DNA of 64,000 nt from an uncultured Planctomycetota bacterium (lineage in GTDB: Bacteria > Planctomycetota > Planctomycetia > Isosphaerales > Isosphaeraceae): positions 783,861 to 847,860 of the forward strand of contig CAWJTV010000005.1 of the NCBI GenBank assembly GCA_963845755.1, in the 5' to 3' direction. Below are positions 11,031 through 24,929 of the stretch, piece after piece. Both the position numbers and the translations under genes were made by a program. The first letter of the stretch is position 1. Each line of letters starts with the position of its first letter. The notes beneath the pieces were generated by a model. The model saw only the letters and a program-made list of their open reading frames with translations. It was not told where the DNA came from and searched no databases.

Positions 11031-14000
11031 TCACTTGATCGTATCCAGGTAGGCGAGCAGATCCGCCATTGCCGGCACGTCGATCTGCTTCTCCAGGCCC
11101 TCGGGCATGTAGGAGAGACCCGTATTGCGCAGCTCCTCGATCTGGAGGCGAAGGATGGTCTCCTCGTGACCGTCGGGCTGGCGGATGGTCAGGCTGTTGG
11201 CCGTCTCGACAGTGATCATGCCGGTGAGGACGCGCACCGTTTGTGGTGGCGAGGACGTAGTTGAGGAACTGGGGCAGGACTTCGCGGTTGGGGTCGAGGA
11301 TGTTGAGCAGCACGGCTTCCAGGCCGCGGTTGCGGATGGCCGAGAGCTCCGCACCGACCTGCTGGCCGACTCCCTCGAGGCGGTGGCAGGTGGAACACTG
11401 CTGCGTGAAGACGGCCTTGCCGCGCGCGGGGTCTCCCTTCAGAGTGAGCGCTTTCTGGTAGGCGGCGACGACGTCCTGGCGCCGGGCCTGGGCCCCGGCG
11501 AAGAGGCGGGCGGCGCGTTCCCGGATCGCCGCGTCAGGGTAGGACTTCAGCAGATCCAGCCGGGCGGGCTCGACGTCGGCCCGGCCGATCGTGCCCTTCT
11601 CAACAGCGTCCAGGAAGGCGACCACCCAAGCCGGCCTCGAGAAGAAAGCTTCCGCGGCCGTCGCTCGCAACTTGGGGCTCATCTGCCGCCATCCGCGGAT
11701 CAAGATGTCGGGAACCTGGAGAACGTCAAACTGAGCCAGGGTCGACACGGCCTCCGTCTGCACGATCAGTGGCTCGCTGGGGGCCAGGAGAGCGGTCAGG
11801 ATTTCTTGCGCATCAGTCCATGAGGTAAACCGCAACGATCTCACGGCAGTCGTTCGTGTTACCGCGGATTTCCTGGCATCAACTGCGGTGGCGCGAGCCT
11901 CGGCCAGGACTTCATGCAGCAGCGCCTGGACGCGGTCGTTTCGCTTCTCGGAGAGCCGGGCACGGAATCTGACCGAGTCGGTGTTCAACATCGCCATCAC
12001 GATCTTGCGGGAGAGGACCTTGTCCGCCGCCAACGGCCCGTCGAGGACTCGGAGAATCCTGGTCAGGTCGGCCGGCCGGTCGGTGGCGCCGGTCTGCCCG
12101 GCCAGCTCGGCCAGGAACGTGCGTCCGTGCCGCGAAGCACGGAACCCGGCGTCCTCGGCCAGCCGCTCGAAGACCGCGCCGGTGCAGCCGGTCACGGAGC
12201 TGAGGATGGCGAGCCGCATCCAGGGATCGGCCCCATCGCGAACGGCCAGTGCGATCAATGCCGAGGATGCCCGGGCGGCCGGCAAGGCGCCGAGCGAGAA
12301 GGCCAACTGGTAGCGGACCATCGGGTCGGTTTCGTCCACCATCTGCAACATCCGCCCCTGAATCGGTTCCGAATCGCGGGCGAACGGCTCGCCCAGTATC
12401 AGGGCATGCTCGCGGACGCGCGAGTCGGGGTCGTTCAGCGCGGCCAGGACATCCGCCGGCTCGATCGCGCGGAGCCCCGCGAGAGACCCGAGTGCGTGAA
12501 CGCGCGCGATGGGCCGCTTCGACTCGGCGACCAGCCGACGCAGGGGAACGATCGCCGACCGGTCCTGCCGCTGATAGATGAGGCGCGATGCCGTATCGCG
12601 GTGCCAGCCATTGGCGTGCTCCAGCAAGGCGACCAGCTCGGCCGTCGTCGCCTTGGCGAGCCTGGGAATTCGCGGCGCGTATCCTTCCGGCGCAATGCGC
12701 CAGAGCCGTCCCCGATCGGCGCCGCTGGAGACGTCCATGTGCTTGAGGATCTGCGGAGGCAGGAAGGCCGCGCCCTCGATCAGCTCGCGATACATATCCA
12801 CGACCCAGAGGCATCCGTCCGGCGCGTTGGCCAACTGCACGGGGCGGACGTAGCCGTCGCGCGAGGCGAGGAATTCGCGGCCGACCTCCACGCTCCGGGC
12901 CGTCACGAGCACGCCGTGCGGTTCCGGGATGGCACGATGGACCAGGTTGTTGGAGACCTCGCCGAGGAACAGGTTCCCGTGGCACTCGGCCGGGAAGGCG
13001 TCACCACGATAGACGGTGACCCCGGTCGCGCCGGTGAAGAATCCGGCGGGAGAGCCCCCCTCGTCGGAGCCGGGGACGAGGCCCTGACTGCGCAGCCGGG
13101 TCCGCAGCGACCTCCAGGGCTCGATCGGGCTGATGCGGTGCAGCTTCGTGTACTTGCCGGCCGGCGCGACGTTTATCGCGGCCGCCGGTGCGTGGAGATG
13201 CGGATTGCGGGCAATGTAGCGACTATCGTACATCACCAGGTGGAACGGATCACTGTTGCCGCAGACATAAGTCCGACCCCAGTCATCCAGACACATTCCA
13301 TGCTGGCCGACGCCGCCACTGAGCTCGAAGGTCTCGTCCCGCGGGTTGAAGAGCAAGCCATATCCCCGGACCGAGACCGACCTGGCCGCTTCGTGATCGG
13401 CGCGTCGCACGGAACCGCCGTCGAGGCTGGTCGAGACGTGGAATCGGTTGTCTAGCCCCCAATGGAACGAATTGAGCATCCCCTCCTGGCCCCGGTCCGT
13501 GCCGAACCCGGTGAGCACCACCCGGCGCACGTCGGCCTTGCCGTCGGCGTTAGTATCCTTCAAGTAAAGGAGATCCGGCGGCGAGCCCACATAGACGCCG
13601 CCATCCCAGCAGGCGAGAGAGGTCGCCATCGGCACGTTCTCGGCGAAGAGCGTGCTCTTGTCGTAGACGCCGCCGCCTCGCGTATCTTCCAGGAGACGGA
13701 CGCAACCCCGGAGAGTTTGATTCGGGTTGGCACCGGCGTACTGGTTGTACTCGGGAAATTCGGCGACGTAGAGCCGGCCATCCTCGTCGAACTCGATGGC
13801 CACGGGGCTACGGATGAGCGGTTCGGCGGCGACCAGATCGACGCGGAAGCCCGGTCGCGGAACGAGTGCCCGATGCGATTCCGCTGGATCCTTCAATGGG
13901 AACCGTGGCAGCTCGCTGCCGTAATCCCTGTCAACGGTGTCCCGACCTGCTGAGGACTTCTGACCCGGACCGGATTGTCCCTCCGCACAGGCTGCTAGCG

Positions 14001-14061
14001 CGACGAGGAGAGCCAAGACCAGGGGACTGGCAACGAACATCATTCGACGGCGGACAGTCAT
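11031..14061 (-). CDS. PVC-type haem-binding CxxCH protein (membrane-bound dehydrogenase-like beta-propeller, HEAT repeats, cytochrome c); indel near 11240
   Basis: GFRVDLVAAEPLIRSPVAIEFDEDGRLYVAE, RPVQLANAPDGCLWVVDMYR, CSTCH haem motif, C-terminal SYMPEGLEKQI..DLLAYL in ORF 11031-11354. Confidence 0.9.
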
Positions 14062-14219
14062 GAGGACCTGCCTCTTGGCTCGACAAACCGCGTTGGTATG
14101 AGGGCGGGGCGACCGCAAAGGTCGCGATCCGATGATGCCGGGATCGGGTGACCGGATCAAGAGAGTCGTTCGGGGCGGGACTCCGTCGGAGACCTATTCA
14201 TAGAGACACCTCTTTCCTG

Positions 14220-14814
14220 TCACGCATCCGGCGTGTCGAGGATGCCTTGGAGCCGTTCGGCGAGTACCGGCGGCAACTCGGCGAGCCAACTTCGATCGAT
14301 GAGGCCCACGCCGACCAGATCCCGGAGATGCGTTCGATCCTTGTCGCGATTCGACAACAACTTCATGTGGACCAAAGCCTTCAGGGTGATGACGAGAAAG
14401 CCGGCGGGATCGTCGATCGTGGACAGGTCGGGAGCCGGAAAGGGGTGCTCGGCGCGGAACCTTTTCCCCAGCAAAGAGCAAGTGGATCGACTCGCTGGGC
14501 TTGGCGTCTGGGCCATCGAGGAAAATCGTTACGTCGAGGACTTCCCCGCGCACGAAGCCCACATGTTCGAGAACCGCGGTGATCCGCGGTAGGTCTTCGC
14601 GCCGAACGAGCAAGTCGATATCGCGCGTATTGCGAACCGCCCCTTCATCGACGGTCGTCACCCACGAGGCGACGGCATGGCCGCCCACCACCGCGTAGGG
14701 GAGGCCGGCCTGATTCAGAGCCGCCGTAGCTCGCAACAATCGATCGCGCACCTTGGCCACGGCTCGCTCCATGCGGTCCAGGATTTCCCAGCCCATCGTC
14801 ACGGTCGAGTTCAT
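14220..14814 (-). CDS. Nucleotidyltransferase-superfamily protein; indel near 14460
   Basis: YAVVGGHAV..RNTRDIDLLV motif; C-terminal MKLLSNRDKDRTHLRDL in ORF 14220-14516; AGGAGG RBS before ATG 14814. Confidence 0.7.
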
Positions 14815-14928
14815 GATCCTCCTTGCGATTCCCGAGGGATGGGGATGCCTATGCAATACCGCTTATCAGGGTATGGTATCACCCGCGGCACCCACCGCCA
14901 ACTCAGTCTCGCCTCGGCCGGAAATGGA

Positions 14929-16338
<1,410 letters not shown>

Positions 16339-16668
16339 GAGGACCTCCGATTGCCAGGCGCGTTTCCGACCGCAAAGCCCCCGATGATCATGCCGCATGG
16401 CGAGCGCCGCCTCAAGTGGGGACGACTGGAGCGATTTCCGGCTTCCCGCGGCTCTCGAAGCCAACATTTCACAATTGTCAGAAGATTCTCGTTGACAGAA
16501 GTAGTCGAGCGGCGATACTCATTGATTAAGATCGACCGAGATCGTGTCACTCTCGGGACGCCGCCGAGACCCGGGATCAGGGGAGCCGATGGGGGAAGTC
16601 AGATCGGGCGATTCGGACTGAACGCCTCAGCTCGATGAGGGCTAAGCGGAACTGAGAGGATCACAACC

Positions 16669-18254
16669 ATGCACCCCGTAAGGCCTTGGATCGCCGTCGT
16701 CTTGATGGTCGCTGCGGCCCGGGCTGATGGGACGGTTGATACCCGCCGCGCGGGAACAACCAACGTCCCCCCCGCGAGGGACTGCGCAAGCACTGACAGC
16801 CCGCATCGACGCGGTGCTCGCAGCCCGCTGGGCGGAGGGCAAGATCCGTCCTGCCACGGTCGCCGACGACGGCGAGTTTCTCCGGCGCGTCAGTCTCGAC
16901 CTGATCGGCAAGATCCCGACCGCCGCCGAGACACGGGATTTCCTCGACGACCCGAGCAAGGATAAGCGTCGCACCCTGGTCGAACGCCTGCTCGACAGCC
17001 CGGCCTACACGACGCGTGCGCGACCGAAATGTGGCGTCAGCTCCTGCTGCCCGAGGCTGATACCGAGGATCTGGCCCGGCAGGTCGCGGGCGGCTTCGAG
17101 TCGTGGTTGCGGAAGAAGGTCATCGAGGACGCGGGCTACGATCGGATCGTCCGCGAGATCCTCACGGCCAGATTGAACGAACGCAATACCGACTCGTCCA
17201 TGAGTCGGATCGATGCCTCTCCCGTGGCCTATTACGTGGCCAAGGAGCGGAAGCCCGAGAACCTCGCGGCCGGGGTCTCACGCGTTTTCCTGGGAATCCG
17301 CCTGGAATGTGCCCAGTGCCACAATCATCCGTTCGCTCGCTGGAAGCGGGAACAGTTCTGGAGCCTCGCCGCCTTCTTCGCGGAAGTGCCGTCCGGGGAC
17401 CCCGACAACCCGCGCGCCGTGCGCGGGAACGCGATGCCCCTCCGCGCCGGGAGTTGAGCATCCCCGGGACGAATAAAGTCGTCAAGGCGTCCCACCTCGA
17501 CGGTTCCAAGCCGGCATGGCGTCCTCGTGCGGAGACCCGGGAGATCCTGGCCGAATGGGTGACCGCCCCCGAGAATCCGTATTTCGCCAGAGCGATTGTG
17601 AACCGTGTCTGGGCACGATTCTTCGGAATCGGCCTGATCGAACCGGTGGATGACCTGGAGGGCGAGGCCGGTTCGGAGTTGAGCGGCCTGCTCGACGAGT
17701 TGGCAGGACAATTCCAGGCACATGGCTATAAGCTGAAGTTCTTGATCCGCGTCATCACGGGGACCCGCGCCTACAACCTCTCGAGCGTCTCAAACCAGAC
17801 AGAGTCGACGACGCCGATCTTCGCGTCGATGCCGGTCCGCGGCCTCTCGCCCGGCCAGCTCTTCGACAGCCTCACCCGGGCGACCGGAGCCGAGGCACCC
17901 GACGCTCGAGCCCGCTTTCTCGAGCTGTTCGCAAGTCGCCAGGAGCGGCCAGCCGAGGCCGAGACGACGATCATCCAGGCACTGACGATGATGAACGGCA
18001 CGTACATCGACGGTGCCACGAACCCGGAGACCGGCCAGGTGCTCGGCGCGATCGTCAAGGCCCCATTCCTGGACACGCCGGGTCGGATCGAAACCCTCTA
18101 CCTCGCGACCCTGACCCGCCGCCCGAGGCCCGACGAGTTGGCGGTCCTGGTTCAATTTGTCGAGCGGCGAAAAACGTCCGATGAGCAAGAGAAAGCCCTC
18201 GCCGACATCTTCTGGGCCATCCTCAACGGACCGGAATTCCACCTGAACCATTGA
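16669..18254 (+). CDS. DUF1549/DUF1553 domain protein; several indels
   Basis: DDGEFLRRVSLDLIGKIPT, FLGIRLECAQCHNHPF, NPYFARAIVNRVWARFFGIGLIEPVDD, WAILNGPEFHLNH across successive frames. Confidence 0.9.
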
Positions 18255-18340
18255 CCCGGCTCGAGCGGTTCACCGACATCGAGCGCACTTCTTTCGTTTG
18301 ACCCGACACGCGCCCGATGAGGCGCGAAGGGAGCGTCGCC

Positions 18341-19693
18341 ATGAGTCGCCCAATCCGGCATGTCCCGCAACTGAACCGACGACAGGTGATGCGGCTCGCT
18401 GCCGCGGGAGCCCTGGGTGCATCCGCATCCGGCTGGATCGAGGCGCTCGCGGCGGATACGGCCGCACACCCGAGGCGGCACAAGTCGTGCATTCTCCTCT
18501 GGATGTCGGGAGGCCCGAGCCAGACCGACACATTCGACCCAAAGCCCGGCCACGCCAACAGCGGGCCGTTCAAGCCGATCGCGACGGCGGTCCCCGGGCT
18601 GATGCTCGGGCCGCACCTGCCGAAGCTCGCCCGACAGGCCAAGGATCTCGCCATCGTCCGCTCGATGAGTACCAAGGAAGGGGATCATGGGCGAGCGACC
18701 TACTACCTGCGAACGGGTTACTTGCCCCAGGGCCCGGTCCGATACCCGGCGCTCGGCTCGCTGATCGCCAACGAGTTCGATGACGAAGCGGCCGAACTGC
18801 CTGGGTTCGTCAGTATCTCCCCGGCCCGGGGGATTAATGCGGCCGCGTTCACCTCGGGTTTCCTCGGGCCGAAGTGCGCGCCCTTGAACGTCGGCGAGCG
18901 GACCCTGGGAAGCGGTGCGGACGCGGGCAGTCCTTCGTTGCGCGTTGAGGATCTCGACATCCCGCGCGGCATCGGCCGCCCAAGAGCCGACGATCGGCTC
19001 GAGCTTATGCGAACTCTGGGCGACGAGTTCCTGGCGAACCGTCCCGGAGTTCCGACGTCCAGCCACCAGAGTGCCTATCTTCGCGCCGTGAAGATGATGA
19101 AGTCGGCGGCTGCCAAGGCGTTTGACCTGGATGAGGAACCGGCCGCCGTACACGACGCATACGGTCGAACTCCGTTTGGACAAGGTTGCCTGCTGGCCCG
19201 CCGCCTGGTCGAGCGAGGAGTCCCCTTCGTCGAGGTCACTCTCTCTTCGGTTGACGGCAACGCCGCCCTGGGATGGGACACTCACGCGCAGAATTTCGAC
19301 ACCGTCGAGAAACTTTGCGGCGTTCTCGACGCGGGTTGGTCTACCCTGATGACCGACCTTCGTTCGCGCGGGCTACTCGAGAACACGTTGATCGTCTGGA
19401 TGGGCGAGTTCGGACGGACGCCCAAGATCAACGAGTCCGCCGGCCGCGACCATTTCCCGAACGCCTGGTCAACCGTCCTCGCCGGCGGAGGAATTCGTGG
19501 TGGCCAGGCAATCGGCGACACCGGAGCCGATGGCGAACAGGTCAAGGACCGGCCCGTCCTGGTCCCCGACCTGCTCGCGACCGTCGTCAAGGCCCTGGGG
19601 ATCGACCCGGCCAAGCAGAACATCGAGAGCAACGGCCGGCCGATTCGCATCGTCGATCCGAAGGCCAATCTCATCAAGGGAATTCTGGGATGA
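18341..19693 (+). CDS. DUF1501 domain protein (Tat-like signal)
   Basis: NRRQVM signal, LWMSGGPSQTDTFDPKP, GQGCLLARRLVERGVPFVEV, GWDTH, MGEFGRTPKIN..GRDH. Confidence 0.93.
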   Translation: MSRPIRHVPQLNRRQVMRLAAAGALGASASGWIEALAADTAAHPRRHKSCILLWMSGGPSQTDTFDPKPGHANSGPFKPIATAVPGLMLGPHLPKLARQAKDLAIVRSMSTKEGDHGRATYYLRTGYLPQGPVRYPALGSLIANEFDDEAAELPGFVSISPARGINAAAFTSGFLGPKCAPLNVGERTLGSGADAGSPSLRVEDLDIPRGIGRPRADDRLELMRTLGDEFLANRPGVPTSSHQSAYLRAVKMMKSAAAKAFDLDEEPAAVHDAYGRTPFGQGCLLARRLVERGVPFVEVTLSSVDGNAALGWDTHAQNFDTVEKLCGVLDAGWSTLMTDLRSRGLLENTLIVWMGEFGRTPKINESAGRDHFPNAWSTVLAGGGIRGGQAIGDTGADGEQVKDRPVLVPDLLATVVKALGIDPAKQNIESNGRPIRIVDPKANLIKGILG

Positions 19694-21407
19694 TCGGCTC
19701 AACGGCTTTCGTCCTCCTCACTCTGGCCGCGGCGCCCTCCCAGGAACACGCGCCGGCCGAACCGGGGAGTGATGGAGCGCGCCACTTGATCTTCCTCGCG
19801 GATCACCGACCCGTCTTCGTACGCCTGCGGGTTACGTCCCAAGGCCGGCCTTTCGAGGCGTCCTGGATCAACTCGGTCCGGACGCTTCACGCCAGCCTCG
19901 ACCGTAATGCTGACGGTAAACTGACCACCAAGGAAGCCGACCCAAAAGTCCTCGGTGCACTCGTGCGTCTGGCGACGGGAACGGCTGCGGTCTTCACGCT
20001 CGAAGGGCTGGATGCCCACCCGAAAGATGGTGTCGTCTCGATCGACGAGTTGGCCGAAGCTCTCCTGCCGATCCTGGGGCCATTCCGTCTCCAGGTCGGC
20101 CGGCAGGCGATCAGCCGCACCGACTGCGCTCTTCGATCAGCTCGACCGCGATAAGGACGGCGCGCTCACCCGGCCCGAGTTGGGGGCGATTGCCGGATCA
20201 CTTCGGCCGCTCGATCTCGACGATAACGAAATGATCACCCCCGACGAACTTGAGCCGTTCAACAGCCCGGCGCTGACCGCAATGCTCGACGAATCATCCG
20301 ACCGGCGAGCCCGCTTCACCGCACTCCCGCCGGTCGTCGAGCTTGTTGCCGAGGAGTCGTCGCTTCGTCCGGCCCGGCTCCTGCTCAAGAAGTATGACAA
20401 GGCGCCGGCCGACCGTCCGGGGAGGCTCGACAACAAGCTGTCGATCGAGGAATTCGCCCTCGAGCCCGACGTCTTTGCCAGGGCCGATACCAACAAGGAC
20501 GAGGCATTGAACACGCAGGAGCTTCGAGAGTTCCTCACACGAATGCCGATCGATCTGACGCTCGATGTCAGCATGAGTTCCGAAGGTTCGGGCAAGGCGA
20601 CGGCCCGCGTGGCAGACGGCGGCGCCCTGCCGAAGGGAGTTCAGGTCCGACAGCTCGCCGACGGTGATCTCGAGATCGCGATCGGTCAGGTACGGCTCGA
20701 TATTCTCGTGGAAGAGGCAAACGTCGCGGCTCGCTGAGACTCGTCGAGTGCTCGACCAGCGATTCAAGGTCACCGACAGCAACAAGAATGGATACCTCGA
20801 AGGCAAGGAACGAACTTCGATCGATGCTCCTCAATCGCCGCTCGCCGGTCTGTCGGATGTCATCGACCGGGATGGCGACGGCAAGATCTACCTGAAAGAA
20901 CTGCTTGCCTTCGGAGAGCGCCAGGCCGACGCTGCGCGAAGCCGATTGGTCGTGACGACGGCCGACCAGGGCCGCGCGATTTTCGGCATTGTGGACCTGG
21001 ACCGAGACCGTCGTCTCGGTGCTCGAGAGGTGATGCGCACCGTCGACCGGGTCATGTCGTGGGATGGCGACAGTGATGGACACGTCTCAGCGGACGAGAT
21101 CCCCTATCACTTCCGGGTCACCATCGCCCGAAGTGGGCTTCCCGGTCTGACGGGTGATCTCGGCGCCACGGCCACGCCACGGTCGATGGGCGCGAAGCAA
21201 TCCACCGGTCCCACGGCCGGTCCGGACTGGTTTCAGAAGATGGACCGAAACCACGACGGTGACGTCTCTCATCGCGAGTTCCTGGGTCCCCGCGACGAAT
21301 TCGACCGTCTCGACCGGGACAAGGACGGCCTGGTCGACCCCGAGGAAGCCCGGGAGCCTACGGCGCCGAAGACGAAGGACGCCCCACGGAACACGAGCCG
21401 CCCGTAG
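19690..21407 (+). CDS. Secreted multi-EF-hand calcium-binding protein; indels near 20125 and 20730
   Basis: Signal peptide then many DxDxDG loops (DRNADGKLT, DRDKDGALT, DSNKNGYLE, DRDGDGKIY, DRNHDGDVS, DRDKDGLVD); start overlaps DUF1501 stop. Confidence 0.85.
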
Positions 21408-21676
21408 GTCGAGGGGGACCTCCTCGAAAAAGGGCGGATGAAGAAGGGAGGGGATAGAATCCGCGGACCTGGCGTTCTCGACCAGAAATGATGACTGACC
21501 TAATGGGCGTCATGGCTGGATCGATGAGCTGGAGTCCCGGCGTCAGCCGTTCTTCTCTCGCCTGATGGCGGGACTCCAGACTGCGTATCGAGGATTGACT
21601 GATCGCTCGTCGGGCCCTGGCTGCCCGCTGTGGGTAAACCATGGGTCTCTCGGAGATCTTGACGGGATCGAGAGGC

Positions 21677-22208
21677 TCAGGACGACTTGCCCGCGGCTTT
21701 CGGGCTCTCCGCCGGTTTCGCGGCCGGTGCGACCTCGGTCGCCGGGCTGCGCTTTCTCTTCCGCGAGGCGGCGATAGTAACGCTCCAGGACGGTGCGGTA
21801 CTCGGGCGGGAATCCCTCGGACATCGACTGGAGGATGCGGTCCCGCTCGCGGTCAGAAAGCTTGGCCCAGTCCTTGTTGTTCTCCCTGGGGTCCACGAGG
21901 GCGCCAATGCCGCCCGTGCCCCGGCGGATCCGCGAGTCGTCCATCCCACGAGTGGGATTGTTGGCCTTCATGCCACGGCACTCATCACACTTCTTTTCCA
22001 GAGAAGAGATGAGTTTGTCCAGTTCGCCGAGGATCACCTTCTGCTCGGTCTGCACTGGCTTGCCGGTCTCCTTCCGATTGAGTTCGTCCGTTACGCCGGC
22101 CATCTTCGCGGTGATCGCCTCGGCCGGCGGCTCGGCCCGAAGGGCGGGTTGGAGCAGGAACGACATCAAACCGGTCGCAACCAGCATGGGAAGTTTGCGT
22201 CTCATCAT
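21677..22208 (-). CDS. Secreted hypothetical protein; probable indel near the 3' end
   Basis: Signal peptide; WAKLSDRERDRILQSMSEGFPPEYRTVLERYYRRLAE motif; true tail probably the Ala/Pro-rich end of ORF 21677-21949. Confidence 0.7.
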
Positions 22209-22316
22209 CACCTCGTAGTCTCGGGGTCAGAGAAAACAGCTCGAATCGCTTTCCCACTCGAGCCCACCTCGTCCAGGTCGCCCTGAACGATTGGCTCGGT
22301 AAACGTCGTCGATGAT

Positions 22317-24215
22317 TCACTGAGAGTTGTCATCGGGGAACGGCAGACGCTCCGCGATCTTCGCGAGCGACTCGCGAATCTCGTCTTGCGTGACTTCCAG
22401 CGTCTCGACCTCGTGCCGGACGGCCGGAGGCAGCGTGGATGCGGCGGGGCGGGACTTGTCGACCCCGACTGTGTCGTCATTGAGCCGCGCCTGGATCATC
22501 CGCACCATCTTGAGCTCGGCGATCAGACGATTCAGCTCGCGCTCGCGTTCCCTCGGGTCCGAGGAGAGGGGCGAGCCCGGCGTCGGTGGCGTGGTTGACG
22601 GGAGCCTGCGGATCGACTGGGCCAGACCGAGCAAGTCTTCCTCGATTCGGGTCTCCATCGCGACCGTGCGAAGCGAACCGTCGCCTTCCTTGAGCCAACC
22701 CTCGATGCGACGCATCTCGCGCGAAAGGATGCGAAGCGTCATCGGCAGGGCGATCCCATACTCGGTCTCCTCGACCAGGGCGAGCAAGTGCTCGGTGCGC
22801 TCGCCAAACTCGGCCTCGTTCTTCGATAGGCCGGCCAAGGTGATCAGGGCCGTCCGCGATTTCTGCAGGACGCGTGGCGCCTGGGCCTGGGTGGTCTCGC
22901 GGACCGACAACTGAAGCTCGTGCATCTCGGTCAAGTCGATGATGAGGCGGGACCGGAGTTCGGAGCGAAGCTCGACCAGCAGCCGCTCGATCGACTGGAG
23001 GAACTCATCGCGCGACTTCACCAGAATTTCCAGCGCGGCCGACTGGTCTTCGGCCGCCGTCCCGGCCGTCGTCTTGCCGAGCCTCTGCTCGGCCGACCGC
23101 ATCGTGGCGCTGGCGCGGATCAGGTCTTTTCGCAAGGCAATGCCGACGTCGCCCAGCCGCACCGAGGTGGCATCGAGCCGTTCCGCCGCGCCACGGTTCT
23201 TGGCTTGATCGTCCTCGCGGCGCCGGAACTCGGCCTCAGCGATCGTTCGCCTGGTCTGCCCTACCTGCTCGTCGAGACGAGCGAATTCCTGACGAAGGAG
23301 GCCGAGTGCCTGATCCTCGGCCGCGATGGCGGCTGGGACGTCGGCTTTTGCCAGGGCAGTCACCGCCTCGCCCAGGTGGGTGTCGGCGCGCCGCAGGTGA
23401 GGCGGCTGGAGGTCGGCGAACAACGGGTCGTTGGCGAGGGCGGTCGCCGCCGAGCGAAGTTTGACCTGGCGCTCCCGGATCGCCGCGCAGGCTTGCTTGG
23501 CCGGCTCATCTGCGGTCTTCGACGCCTTCCTGGTGTCATCGATCACGGCTTGCTGGTCGCGGACGAGCGTCTCCAACTCGGGCCGGCGCGTTGCGAACCG
23601 CTCGAGACGATTGCGTTGCTCCAGAGCGAATCGGGACCAGCCCAACTCGCGACGCTCTTCCTTGACGATCCGTTCGAGCTGGCCGAGTGTCTCGCGCATC
23701 TGGCGGAGCCGCGCCAACTTGAGCTGAAAGTCGAGGTCCTCGGCGAGCAGCAGAGTGCGGAGGTGTTCCAGCTTGGCGATCAGCTCCTTCACCTCCGTCT
23801 CCGCCTTGCTGAGCTGAGCGTCCTTCAAGAGCTTGTGCGTTTCCCGCATCTGGTCGAGAATCTGCTCCTCGCGCGAGAATTTCAGGGCCAGACGGAGCCG
23901 CGAGGAGTTCTCCGGCTCGAGACCCAGCAGGGCCTCGGAGAGCCGGAACATCCGTTCCTCGAGCTCGTTCATCTGGGCCGCAACGTTCTCCTGATTGAAT
24001 CCAATCGTGTCGCGATCGGACGTGGCGGGAGCCTTCTTCTCGGCAGCCTTCTTGTCATCGGTCTTCCTCTCGTCATCGAAGACCGAGGCCGCTTTGCCCG
24101 ATGACTTCGTCGTCTGGGCCAATCCTGCCGACGAGATTACGGCGCCCGTCATGATGATCATGAGAGCCAACCGTGCGATCGTTCTCAAGCAGCGATGAGT
24201 GCTATGGCTTGCCAT
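22317..24215 (-). CDS. Secreted coiled-coil hypothetical protein
   Basis: 632-aa open frame, signal peptide, Glu/Leu/Arg-rich helical sequence. Confidence 0.75.
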   Translation of the reverse strand: MASHSTHRCLRTIARLALMIIMTGAVISSAGLAQTTKSSGKAASVFDDERKTDDKKAAEKKAPATSDRDTIGFNQENVAAQMNELEERMFRLSEALLGLEPENSSRLRLALKFSREEQILDQMRETHKLLKDAQLSKAETEVKELIAKLEHLRTLLLAEDLDFQLKLARLRQMRETLGQLERIVKEERRELGWSRFALEQRNRLERFATRRPELETLVRDQQAVIDDTRKASKTADEPAKQACAAIRERQVKLRSAATALANDPLFADLQPPHLRRADTHLGEAVTALAKADVPAAIAAEDQALGLLRQEFARLDEQVGQTRRTIAEAEFRRREDDQAKNRGAAERLDATSVRLGDVGIALRKDLIRASATMRSAEQRLGKTTAGTAAEDQSAALEILVKSRDEFLQSIERLLVELRSELRSRLIIDLTEMHELQLSVRETTQAQAPRVLQKSRTALITLAGLSKNEAEFGERTEHLLALVEETEYGIALPMTLRILSREMRRIEGWLKEGDGSLRTVAMETRIEEDLLGLAQSIRRLPSTTPPTPGSPLSSDPRERERELNRLIAELKMVRMIQARLNDDTVGVDKSRPAASTLPPAVRHEVETLEVTQDEIRESLAKIAERLPFPDDNSQ

Positions 24216-24680
24216 CGAAAAACCTCGTGCCTGCGAGTCTTCCGAGACTTCTTGGCGACCTCGAGGACATTCTGCTCGATTCTGAGAACTCTGGCCATCG
24301 AATTCTCGACGACGCCAACCGTCTTACTTTCGTCGAAGGTAGGAGTTGATTGCAAGGGAAATCTTGACGATTTGTTGGAATGCGTCCAGGAATTCCGAGG
24401 GCCAGGGCGCAACCCATTTCAGGGCTCCGGGGGAAGCCCCAAAACCGCGACTCGTCGGATGCCCCCGAGGCGGGCATCGATGCGCGATCTCGAAGCAGGA
24501 AGGCCGATGAGTTCCGGAATGACCTCGGGCGGGGCGCGGCAATCGGGATCGCCCAGGCCTGACGGATTCGCACTGTCGCTCCTCTCGGCCTTGACTCGGG
24601 CTGCACTGCACGATAACTTCCGTCGCGGCTCGCCCGGACATATCGGGCAGGTCGCCCCACGTCATAGAGGGAACGATGCG

Positions 24681-24929
24681 ATGCCAGACTTTCTCGACCT
24701 GCGTCGGCGTTTCCCGTCTCAGTTGGAAGTGACTCGACTTGTGGAGGAAGCCATCGATCCGCTAGAGATCGAGCTCAGCCGTGCTGAACTCCAGCGATTA
24801 CGCGGCAAGCTCAAGAGCGAGATGCTCAGGCGCTACCTGGAGATCGCCGAAGAGAAAATCATGGCTCTCACCGAGGTTACATCGCCATCAGGGATCGATG
24901 AACCGTTAACCATGCGGACGGCCGGTTAG
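24681..24929 (+). CDS. Small hypothetical protein (82 aa)
   Basis: MPDFLDLRRRFPSQLEV.. preceded by GAGGG; protein-like helical composition; convergent with the caspase gene. Confidence 0.4.
   Translation: MPDFLDLRRRFPSQLEVTRLVEEAIDPLEIELSRAELQRLRGKLKSEMLRRYLEIAEEKIMALTEVTSPSGIDEPLTMRTAG

Noticed and set aside
8504..13455. Long alternative-frame and antisense ORFs (for example 8504-10567, 11914-13455; also 30544-32208, 47451-49211)
   Set aside because: Shadow ORFs typical of high-GC DNA, overlapping well-supported genes and lacking motifs
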